Of a stretch of DNA of 32,000 nt, positions 16,690 through 24,120 are shown in pieces. The position numbers were made by a program, and so were the translations under genes. This DNA is from an uncultured Candidatus Saccharimonas sp. (GTDB lineage: Bacteria; Patescibacteriota; Saccharimonadia; Saccharimonadales; Saccharimonadaceae), in NCBI GenBank assembly GCA_963528875.1, contig CAURWT010000002.1:180001-212000 (forward strand), in the 5' to 3' direction. The number at the start of each line of letters is the position of its first letter. Positions within the stretch are counted from its first letter, which is position 1. Under the pieces are notes generated by a model that had not been told where the DNA came from, made no database searches, and saw only the letters and a program-made list of their open reading frames with translations.

Positions 16690-17318
16690 GTTATAGTTCC
16701 CTAACAATTTAGAATATGATATAATAATGCCTTCGAAAATGTTTATCGAGAAAGAGTTATAGTTCCCTAACAATTTAGAATATGATATAATAATGTATAA
16801 GAAACATGGTGTTATGTGTTAGTTATAGTTCCCTAACAATTTAGAATATGATATAATTTTAATACCAGTCTTAATTCCCATATCTTGTTATAGTTCCCTA
16901 ACAATTTAGAATATGATATAATTATATAAATTACCTAAATGCGGACTTGTTGGTTATAGTTCCCTAACAATTTAGAATATGATATAATGAATTAGCCGTG
17001 AGATTATTTTGTTCAATTGTTATAGTTCCCTAACAATTTAGAATATGATATAATTGAATAGCGGCGAAAATAAACGTTATTGAGGTTATAGTTCCCTAAC
17101 AATTTAGAATATGATATAATCACGTTCATAACCATTGAATAGAGTAAATGGTTATAGTTCCCTAACAATTTAGAATATGATATAATGCAAATATTATGGA
17201 AAACTCAAGCAAAAAAGTTATAGTTCCCTAACAATTTAGAATATGATATAATAAAATTTTCTTGAATTTTGATCGCATACAGGTTATAGTTCCCTAACAA
17301 TTTAGAATATGATATAAT
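16690..17318 (+). CRISPR. CRISPR array: 10 identical 36-nt repeats and 9 spacers (eight of 30 nt, one of 29 nt)
   Basis: The repeat GTTATAGTTCCCTAACAATTTAGAATATGATATAAT starts at 16690, 16756, 16822, 16887, 16953, 17019, 17085, 17151, 17217 and 17283. The plus strand is assigned as the crRNA sense strand because the tracrRNA anti-repeat is on the minus strand. Confidence 0.97.
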
Positions 17319-17326
17319 ACTTGCTA

Positions 17327-17355
17327 AAATCCCCATCTGTTGCGATGGGGTTTTT
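17327..17355. terminator. Bidirectional intrinsic terminator shared by cas2 and the array
   Basis: aaaat-ccccatc-tgttgc-gatgggg-ttttt: a 7-bp GC-rich stem flanked by an A run and a T run. It lies between repeat 10 (17318) and the cas2 stop (17359). Confidence 0.7.
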
Positions 17356-17358
17356 AGT

Positions 17359-17682
17359 TTAAAAAAATGAAAGTTGATCATTCGAAACACGCCTTTCTTG
17401 CGCAGTTTTTTTACCAGCAATCACATACATATTCGTAAATTGATGCTCTGTTAAATAAATTAGCCGAATCGAACCAACATCTGGCGCATTTCTCTTAACA
17501 CGATTCATATGTTTTTCGGCGGCATCCCTATTCGGGCAAAGCCTCGTGTAAACACTATACTGCAACATATTAAAACCATCTTTTAGCAAGAAGTTTCGAA
17601 AACGTGTTGCTATTCTTCTTTCTTTTTTACTACCCGTAGGTAGATCAAAAAATACCGCTACTCTCATAAATTTATATGCCAT
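17359..17682 (-). CDS. cas2: CRISPR-associated endoribonuclease Cas2
   Basis: 107 aa. MRVAVFFDLPTGSKKERRIATRFRNFLLKDGFNMLQYSVYTR shows the typical Cas2 beta1-Asp and ferredoxin-fold pattern. It follows cas1. Confidence 0.9.
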   Translation of the reverse strand: MAYKFMRVAVFFDLPTGSKKERRIATRFRNFLLKDGFNMLQYSVYTRLCPNRDAAEKHMNRVKRNAPDVGSIRLIYLTEHQFTNMYVIAGKKTAQERRVSNDQLSFF

Positions 17683-17717
17683 CTTTCCTCTTTTTGTTTT
17701 TATTTTTGTTTTATTTT

Positions 17718-18602
17718 TTATATTTTTGGCAACTCTAGACTACTTGAATCTTTCTTTAAAATACAATCAACAAAACTTTCAACCGTAATCTCAATTGCAT
17801 TTTTAATTGCGAATTTTTTACCCTTAATCTTAACCCGAAATTCTAAAACCTCAAGCAAAATCCGGCGTTCTTCTTTCGAAAGAGCCGAATCTTCTTTTTC
17901 GAACCCACTCAAACCAAATTTTTTAAGCACGAACAGGTCGATTAGAGGGCGATACGCTTCAATCAAGTCATCTGCTAAATTAAAGCTATTTAGCTCATTA
18001 TGATGAAAAATACCTTGCGAAACTACCAGCCCACGAGCCGCCAAATGCCGTGCCAACCCTGTGCGAACAAGCGCATAGCTGTAATTTAATGCCGAATTAT
18101 ACCACATTGGCCGACGACGGGTTGCGTCATCAAGAAGCTGTGAAAAGTAGTCGCGTGCGGCTAAAGACTCACGATTAGCGGAATCTCCAGATTTAACTTC
18201 ACTTGCACATTTTCGAAGATATTCATCATTTAAGCCAAAATATTTTAAAACATCAGCCTGATTAGAAATTTTTCGAATAATATTATTCTGCCAAATCTGT
18301 TTTTTGAGTGGAATCTTCATCTCAATTTGCTGGCGAGATACTTTAGCCTGCCGCGAATGTTGAGAATATGGTAAAACTATGGCCGTAGGAAGATGCTTCT
18401 GATCACAAATCACAACGCTCACTGCTCGAGAAGAGAGCTCATTTAATAGATTTGTGGTTAAGTTTAAACCATAATTATCAATTATTAACGAGTCGATATC
18501 TTCAATCGGAATCGAAACGTCTTCTTCTTGCGAAATTAAGAGCCGGTTATTTTTAACGCTTAGTCGAGCGGGATTTTCGATAGAAATAATGCGCCACGCC
18601 AT
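17718..18602 (-). CDS. cas1: CRISPR-associated integrase Cas1 (type II)
   Basis: MAWRIISIENPARLSVKNNRLLISQ is a type II Cas1 N-terminus. I place the start at ATG 18602, which forms a TAATG overlap with the cas9 stop; the ORF track instead uses a GTG three codons upstream (18611). Confidence 0.92.
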   Translation of the reverse strand: MAWRIISIENPARLSVKNNRLLISQEEDVSIPIEDIDSLIIDNYGLNLTTNLLNELSSRAVSVVICDQKHLPTAIVLPYSQHSRQAKVSRQQIEMKIPLKKQIWQNNIIRKISNQADVLKYFGLNDEYLRKCASEVKSGDSANRESLAARDYFSQLLDDATRRRPMWYNSALNYSYALVRTGLARHLAARGLVVSQGIFHHNELNSFNLADDLIEAYRPLIDLFVLKKFGLSGFEKEDSALSKEERRILLEVLEFRVKIKGKKFAIKNAIEITVESFVDCILKKDSSSLELPKI

Positions 18603-21600
18603 TAAATCCACCTATAATTATCGCCCAGAACGGAGATATCGTAGCGTTCAATTGAAGTTATTGTACCACCAGAAATTCTATCAGTATTCTTCTTATCTGC
18701 TTTATCGTGACCTATTAAAGATATTCTACCACTATCTATATCATAGCCAACATAATAACCCTCAACAATCTTATTTCCTGCATAAATCCGCACATAATCA
18801 TTTGGATACAACGAAAATTGCTTGACAAATCCATTTTCTTCAGTCGCAAAAATCTTACCTTTTTCATCGCGAATTTTATTAAAATCGGCTTTTTCTGCCA
18901 CACTTCGCCCATTTGGCGTTGGTAAAATTTCAACTTTTTTAGCATTCAACAGATGCGCATAAATTGGCGAAAAATAGTATTCAAATTCGCCCTTGTAATT
19001 TTTGCGCTTAAACACATCCAACCGAATCGTATCACCGTTATTAACAAAAGCTTTACCTTTGTTAATTAAGAAACCGCTTTTTGAATTTTGCGTATCATAA
19101 ACCTTAATTGAGCGAACAATATTACCGCGACCACCATTTTTTGTTGGTTTATAAACTGGGTTGCTTGGGTCGCCAAAAGCTTTTTCTGGTTTATTACCAA
19201 ACTTATTTAATCGTGCTTTTAAGATCTCATATAAGGCTGGGTCCGTTTCACTAACTGGTGATTTTTTAAGTATTTCTAATTTTACTTTTGTTAATCGGAT
19301 TCGTTGTTTCCGTGCTATAGCCGGCTTTCCTTCCGAATCTACGTAACCTTCGACAATTTTCGGTGAACGGATCGTTTCTTCATTAATATTACCCTTTCCC
19401 GAGCGTTTTGGCATTCTTGAAACGAAAATAGGCGTTGTTCTATTTCGAAAATCTTCATCATAATTCTCAAGACCAATTAGTTCGTTGCGAAGCTCCATTG
19501 GCGATTCATAATGAGCAGTCCTTTTTCGAACTTCTTTTCCAAAATCTTTCCACGGTTCAATATCCTCAAAGGTCTGTTCAAAATCCGCTCGACTAAAAAT
19601 TTCACCCGTTATTTTATCAATAACTTCATCTTCCGCCGAATATTTAAAAAGTTCAAAATATTTGTTCAGGCGTGAAATTTTTTGAATAACACTTTGGTCG
19701 ATCGCAGCAATTATACAGGCATCCGTAGCGTGATGAAGGTTGTTTTCTTCGCGATCCTTTGAGCCCACACGCCAAATACGGCGCAAATAAGAAGTTATTG
19801 AACCATTCGGCACAATCACTCGCTGAGCTGGATTTTCATTCTCAATTTTAGCAAATTTCAAATTCTTACGAAGATATTGGCTTAAGAACTTTGAAATATA
19901 TCGCGTATCATTTAACGCACGGCTATTCCAATCTTCTTTTGGTGGAACTTTCGCAAGCAATCGTTCTTTCTTTCGAAAAGGAAGGTTCATTGAATTTATG
20001 CGTGCCTCAAAATCAGCCCATCGGCTTTCATTAGCACCCCAAGCTTCGAAAGGTGCTAAATTACCTTTTTGGCGGTTTTCTTCAGTGAAAACTAAAACTT
20101 TATTTATTAAGCTGTCATTTCCGCAGCGAGAGAATGGAATGATGTGATCAATTTCGGCATAATGCTCATTGGAAAATAGATTTTCTAAAACAAGACTTTT
20201 TCCAGAATAAACGCATTTTCCGTTTTGTTGTTCATAAAGTTTAAATTTGGTAATTTGTAGGCCGGTTGGCGAAGGAACATTAAACTCGTTTTGAAGTCGC
20301 TCTTTAATACTTTCGTTGTAACTGGCATTTGCTTTTTGAGTTTTTTTAATTTTTTCACGTTCTTTAAAATTTTTAGCTAAATCACCCGCAGCTTCAATTT
20401 TAATTTGATATGGTGCGCCATATTCTCTGATAATGGCATTTACAACTTTAACAGTCTGCGAAACCGCCCGTTTAACAACAGGATTTGTAATTTGAGCTGA
20501 TTCTTCTTTCGAAAGGGGCGGAAGCTTGTTTTTATCCCCGGAAAGCTGCTGTTTTGTATCGTAGCCTGCATTTTCTGACGCATTACGATATGTATCACCT
20601 TTCAATAAAAATGGCAAGATTTTTCTAAGCGCCTTAAATGACAAATGGCCAAAACCGCTAACATTAATCATCATCAATGTTTCAACTGCATCTTTACTTA
20701 AATTAAGCTTCGAAATCTCTTTTCGCAAATTTTCATCATCTTTATTACATGAAAGAATTTCACCAAGTTCATCTAGCATTCTATAATTATTGTCACAAAC
20801 TTTTTGCCAATCTTCTGGAGTGTTTGAAAGAACAGCTTTAACCTTATGATAAAAAGAAAGTTCACCGAATTTATTTTCTTCACCGTTATTTTTGCTATCT
20901 TTTTTAATCTCGCCACGAATCATATTTGCTGGAAAGCTAAAGTTTTCATCTTTTTTATAACCTAAAACTTCACGGATGTGTTGATATTTCAGCGCTTTAA
21001 TATCCTTAGCTTTTTCAATAACTTTTGAAATTTCTTCTTCCGTTAGACCGCGCTCCTTGTTGTTTATTACAACCCTTAAGTGCGCTAAGTTTTCTGCCAA
21101 ACGAAACATCTCGAAACTATAACTCGCTTTTGGCGCACGAAATTCAGATTTCTCGAGACTACACTTTCCGCGCATTTTCATAATTAATTCACTAGTTATA
21201 AATGGGCGTTGCGAAAAAATTCCGTTAAAATTACCTTCCTTTTCGTTTCCAAAAAGGAGAAAATTAATCTTTTCATCTGAAAGCTTCAAGCCAAATTCTT
21301 TTTGAATTTTTAAAATAAGCTTCGCTTCATCTTCGAAATTCGCCCGCACGAAAGAATTGCTGTAATCTTCAGCTTTATTCCTTTTGTGAGCTATAAATTT
21401 TTCATTCGAATTTAACGCACTAGCAACAGTTTTATACTCTTTGAGTAACTTCTCGTTTTTTGAAATTGCTGAAAGAACTTTCGAATTTTCTTTATCGTTT
21501 TCTTCGGCAGATTTTCGATTACTTTTATATCCACGATGTTTAGCAATGTGATATAAACCAACAAAGAGTTCCTCGTTCGAGATCTTCTCATTCAACGCCT

Positions 21601-21907
21601 TTTCTCGAATTTTATATGGATCAAGTTTATTTCCTGGCTTTAAAAGCTCTTCAATTTGTTCTTTAGCTAATAGATTATTATCTCTGAAGAATCTTTTAAT
21701 AAAATTTAACCGCTGACGGCGACGCTTCAATCTTCTTCTTGTTGAGCGAGCTGTTCGCCGAGCTTCAGACAGACTTTTACCATCTTTCGGGTTTTCTGGT
21801 TTTTCGAAAATCCGAACGCCAACTTTTTCGATTCTTTTGTTATCTTCATCGATTATAGCCCAACCAATTGAGGTCGTACCTATATCTAAACCTATTGAGT
21901 ACTTCAT
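18602..21907 (-). CDS. cas9: Cas9, compact type II-C-like (1101 aa)
   Basis: RuvC-I MKYSIGLDIGTTSIGWAII; Arg-rich bridge helix RRTARSTRRRLKRRRQRL; RuvC-II IKIEAAGDL; HNH EIDHIIPFSRCGNDSLINKVLVFTEENRQKGN; RuvC-III NLHHATDACIIAA. No csn2 or cas4 is present in the locus. Confidence 0.96.
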   Translation of the reverse strand: MKYSIGLDIGTTSIGWAIIDEDNKRIEKVGVRIFEKPENPKDGKSLSEARRTARSTRRRLKRRRQRLNFIKRFFRDNNLLAKEQIEELLKPGNKLDPYKIREKALNEKISNEELFVGLYHIAKHRGYKSNRKSAEENDKENSKVLSAISKNEKLLKEYKTVASALNSNEKFIAHKRNKAEDYSNSFVRANFEDEAKLILKIQKEFGLKLSDEKINFLLFGNEKEGNFNGIFSQRPFITSELIMKMRGKCSLEKSEFRAPKASYSFEMFRLAENLAHLRVVINNKERGLTEEEISKVIEKAKDIKALKYQHIREVLGYKKDENFSFPANMIRGEIKKDSKNNGEENKFGELSFYHKVKAVLSNTPEDWQKVCDNNYRMLDELGEILSCNKDDENLRKEISKLNLSKDAVETLMMINVSGFGHLSFKALRKILPFLLKGDTYRNASENAGYDTKQQLSGDKNKLPPLSKEESAQITNPVVKRAVSQTVKVVNAIIREYGAPYQIKIEAAGDLAKNFKEREKIKKTQKANASYNESIKERLQNEFNVPSPTGLQITKFKLYEQQNGKCVYSGKSLVLENLFSNEHYAEIDHIIPFSRCGNDSLINKVLVFTEENRQKGNLAPFEAWGANESRWADFEARINSMNLPFRKKERLLAKVPPKEDWNSRALNDTRYISKFLSQYLRKNLKFAKIENENPAQRVIVPNGSITSYLRRIWRVGSKDREENNLHHATDACIIAAIDQSVIQKISRLNKYFELFKYSAEDEVIDKITGEIFSRADFEQTFEDIEPWKDFGKEVRKRTAHYESPMELRNELIGLENYDEDFRNRTTPIFVSRMPKRSGKGNINEETIRSPKIVEGYVDSEGKPAIARKQRIRLTKVKLEILKKSPVSETDPALYEILKARLNKFGNKPEKAFGDPSNPVYKPTKNGGRGNIVRSIKVYDTQNSKSGFLINKGKAFVNNGDTIRLDVFKRKNYKGEFEYYFSPIYAHLLNAKKVEILPTPNGRSVAEKADFNKIRDEKGKIFATEENGFVKQFSLYPNDYVRIYAGNKIVEGYYVGYDIDSGRISLIGHDKADKKNTDRISGGTITSIERYDISVLGDNYRWI

Positions 21908-21913
21908 AACTCT

Positions 21914-21942
21914 ATTATAAGATAATAAGTTTTTTTATTCAA
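21914..21942 (-). promoter_or_regulatory. Predicted cas9 promoter placing the TSS at or near the AUG
   Basis: Minus strand: TTGAAT, 17 nt, TATAAT, then 6 nt (agagtt), then the ATG. There is no Shine-Dalgarno sequence, although neighbouring genes have strong ones. Confidence 0.45.
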
Positions 21943-22111
21943 TATAAAGATAATCCACCCTTTAAGGATGGATTAGAGCTTTGCCTTAGGTTCGATAATA
22001 GAACTCTCAACCGTAGCTACACAGTGCGAAACTGCTGCCCTTAGTTGCTAAGATTATTATAGAAACCTAACGATTTAGAATATGATACAATCCTTACTTA
22101 AGGGACTGTCC
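21943..22111 (-). ncRNA. tracrRNA
   Basis: The anti-repeat (RC of 22056-22091) matches the repeat at 30/36 Watson-Crick positions plus 2 G:U pairs, with a 3-nt internal loop at repeat positions 8-10. It is followed by the hairpin CUUAG-CAA-CUAAG, further stems, and the terminal hairpin AAUCCAUCC-UUAAA-GGGUGGAUU plus a U-rich tail. The G:U in that hairpin is valid only on the minus strand. The ends given are predictions. Confidence 0.8.
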
Positions 22112-22117
22112 TTATAC

Positions 22118-22146
22118 AGTATACATCTAAATAAAATTATTGTCAA
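22118..22146 (-). promoter_or_regulatory. Predicted tracrRNA promoter
   Basis: Minus strand: TTGACA (22146-22141), 17 nt, TATACT (22123-22118), about 27 nt upstream of the anti-repeat. Confidence 0.6.
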
Positions 22147-22170
22147 TACAAAAAACACGCTTTTTTTAGC

Positions 22171-22431
22171 TTAGCGCGCATAGTATGCAGCTTCATCAAT
22201 TAACGGTAAAGGTCGCCCGCGCCACATCTGCAAAAGTCGGCCATCGTCAGCAATCGCTAAGATTGTTGGATATTCAACGATATCATAAGCTTGCAAGAAA
22301 AATTGATCCCTACTGCCATCTGGGTTCATTTGCTCAATTTCGAGCCCAGTTTGCCTTTCAAAATCATCAATATATTCTCGAACTTCACGGCCATGATCGC
22401 TAGCATCTCTATAAACTACTACAATTCTCAT
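22171..22431 (-). CDS. Small thioredoxin-fold-like protein without a CXXC motif (hypothetical)
   Basis: 86 aa. IVVVY...IVEYPTILAIADDGRLLQMWRG resembles the beta1 and cis-Pro/beta3-beta4 region of thioredoxins, but the protein contains no Cys. It overlaps nrdR by 23 nt. Confidence 0.5.
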   Translation of the reverse strand: MRIVVVYRDASDHGREVREYIDDFERQTGLEIEQMNPDGSRDQFFLQAYDIVEYPTILAIADDGRLLQMWRGRPLPLIDEAAYYAR

Positions 22432-22864
22432 TTTCTTCTCTAACCCTCAATAAAATCTCTTCGAAATCTTCAACTGTTTCAAAACCATTAAAAACACTTG
22501 CGAAACGAATGTACGCAACTTTATTCATCTCAAACAAGACCGAAAGAACCGTTTCGCCAATCTGGTGTGAAGAAACTTTACTTGATTTTTGAAGAAGTTC
22601 ATTCTCAACGCGATTGATAATTTCTTCAACTTGAAGATCAGAAATGAACTTACCAATTGAACGAATAATTGAACTCTTAAGCTTTTCACGACTAAAATCC
22701 TCACGGCCACCATGCGACTTCATAACAACAATTCGTGGTTTTTCAATCCGCTCATAGGTGGTGAAACGGGTGCCATCTGGCGCAACTCGGCGACGGCGCA
22801 CAGATTGGCCGTCAACCGACATTCTACTTTCCAAAACTTTTGTTTCGTCAAGTTTAAATTCCAT
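22409..22864 (-). CDS. nrdR: NrdR-family regulator (ATP-cone) with a degenerate zinc ribbon
   Basis: SVRRRRVAPDGTRFTTYERIE, an ATP-cone (VVMKSHGGREDFSREKLKSSI), and KVAYIRFASVFNGFETVEDF match NrdR. All four canonical Cys positions are substituted. The start forms a TAATG overlap with the ftsZ stop. Confidence 0.82.
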   Translation of the reverse strand: MEFKLDETKVLESRMSVDGQSVRRRRVAPDGTRFTTYERIEKPRIVVMKSHGGREDFSREKLKSSIIRSIGKFISDLQVEEIINRVENELLQKSSKVSSHQIGETVLSVLFEMNKVAYIRFASVFNGFETVEDFEEILLRVREENENCSSL

Positions 22865-24087
22865 TAATCTTCCTTTTTATTACGTTTTCGGCGTCGTAAA
22901 AATGCAGGAATATCGCTCTCATCCTTTTCTTCTTCATCTTGAGCCCAAATATTTTTAGTTTCGATATCACTAGCAAAATCTTCGGCTGAAGTTTTTTCTT
23001 CATTATTTAATTCCATATCAATTGCGTTCGAAATTGTATGGTTAATTTCTTGCGATTCAGTATGATCGTTTTCAAGATTAAAAGTTTTCGAAACAGCACT
23101 TTCGAGCGAATTTATCACAGGCTCATTATAATCACGGTCAAAACCAGTTGCAACAACTGTAATAATCAATTCATCTTCAAGCTCAGGTTTAAGTGTTGCA
23201 CCAAAAATGATATTTGCATCTGGAGCAACAGCACCAGTAATAATCTCAGCTGCCTCTTGAATCTCGCTCATACTCATATCATAACCACCAGCAACGTTGA
23301 ATAGAACACCACGCGCGCCATCAATAGAAACCTCAATCATTGGGCTTTCGATAGCTTGTTCGGCAGCCTTTTGAGCACGATTATCACCACTCGCACGGCC
23401 AATTCCCATCAAAGCAGAACCAGCATTACTCATAATTGACTTAACATCCGCAAAGTCAAGGTTGATTAAACCATGCTCAGTAATAAGTTCAGAAATGCCC
23501 TGAACACCTTGCCGAAGAACATCGTCGGCAATTTTAAAAGTTTCAAGAAGTGGCAAATTCCTATCAACAGTTTGAAGAAGACGATCATTTGGGATTGTTA
23601 TTAAAGTATCAACCGCATCGGCAAGCTTTTCAATTGCCCAATCAGCATTAGTTTTGCGTTTTGCGCCTTCGAAAGTAAATGGACGTGTTGCAACACCGAT
23701 AACTAAAATTCCCATTTCACGAGCAATTTCAGCCACAACGTGACCAGCGCCAGAACCAGTTCCACCACCAGCACCAATGGCGATAAACACCATATCGGCA
23801 CCATCAAGAGCCTCGCGAATTTCTTCTCGAGATTCAAGAGCGGCGCTCTCACCAACAATAGGATCAGCACCAGCGCCTAAACCATTTGTAGTTTCACGAC
23901 CAAGGTGGATTTTCTTGTCGGCCTTTGATTTATATAAAGCTTGAGCATCAGTGTTCATCGCAATAAACTCGATGTTACTCAAACCAACATCTTTCATTCG
24001 ATTAACGGCGCTTCCACCGGCACCACCGATACCTACAACTTTAATTTTAGCAAAAGTTTGAACTTCATTTGGCATAATTTCTGGCAT
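22864..24087 (-). CDS. ftsZ: Cell division GTPase FtsZ
   Basis: [13 protein letters not shown], the tubulin signature [18 protein letters not shown], and the C-terminal FtsA-binding peptide [10 protein letters not shown]. Confidence 0.96.
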   Translation of the reverse strand: MPEIMPNEVQTFAKIKVVGIGGAGGSAVNRMKDVGLSNIEFIAMNTDAQALYKSKADKKIHLGRETTNGLGAGADPIVGESAALESREEIREALDGADMVFIAIGAGGGTGSGAGHVVAEIAREMGILVIGVATRPFTFEGAKRKTNADWAIEKLADAVDTLITIPNDRLLQTVDRNLPLLETFKIADDVLRQGVQGISELITEHGLINLDFADVKSIMSNAGSALMGIGRASGDNRAQKAAEQAIESPMIEVSIDGARGVLFNVAGGYDMSMSEIQEAAEIITGAVAPDANIIFGATLKPELEDELIITVVATGFDRDYNEPVINSLESAVSKTFNLENDHTESQEINHTISNAIDMELNNEEKTSAEDFASDIETKNIWAQDEEEKDESDIPAFLRRRKRNKKED

Positions 24088-24120
24088 TTCTTCTCCTTAA
24101 TCTACTCCCATTATATCACT

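Noticed and set aside
16726-17282. Self-targeting spacers with protospacers inside this window
   Set aside because: I found no match for any of the 9 spacers by eye. A manual scan is not exhaustive, so a BLAST of the spacers against the full genome is needed before excluding this.
17205-17420. 71-aa ORF spanning the last CRISPR repeats and the cas2 3' end
   Set aside because: Its sequence contains the translated repeat twice (ISYSKLLGNYN), so it is an artefact of translating the array.
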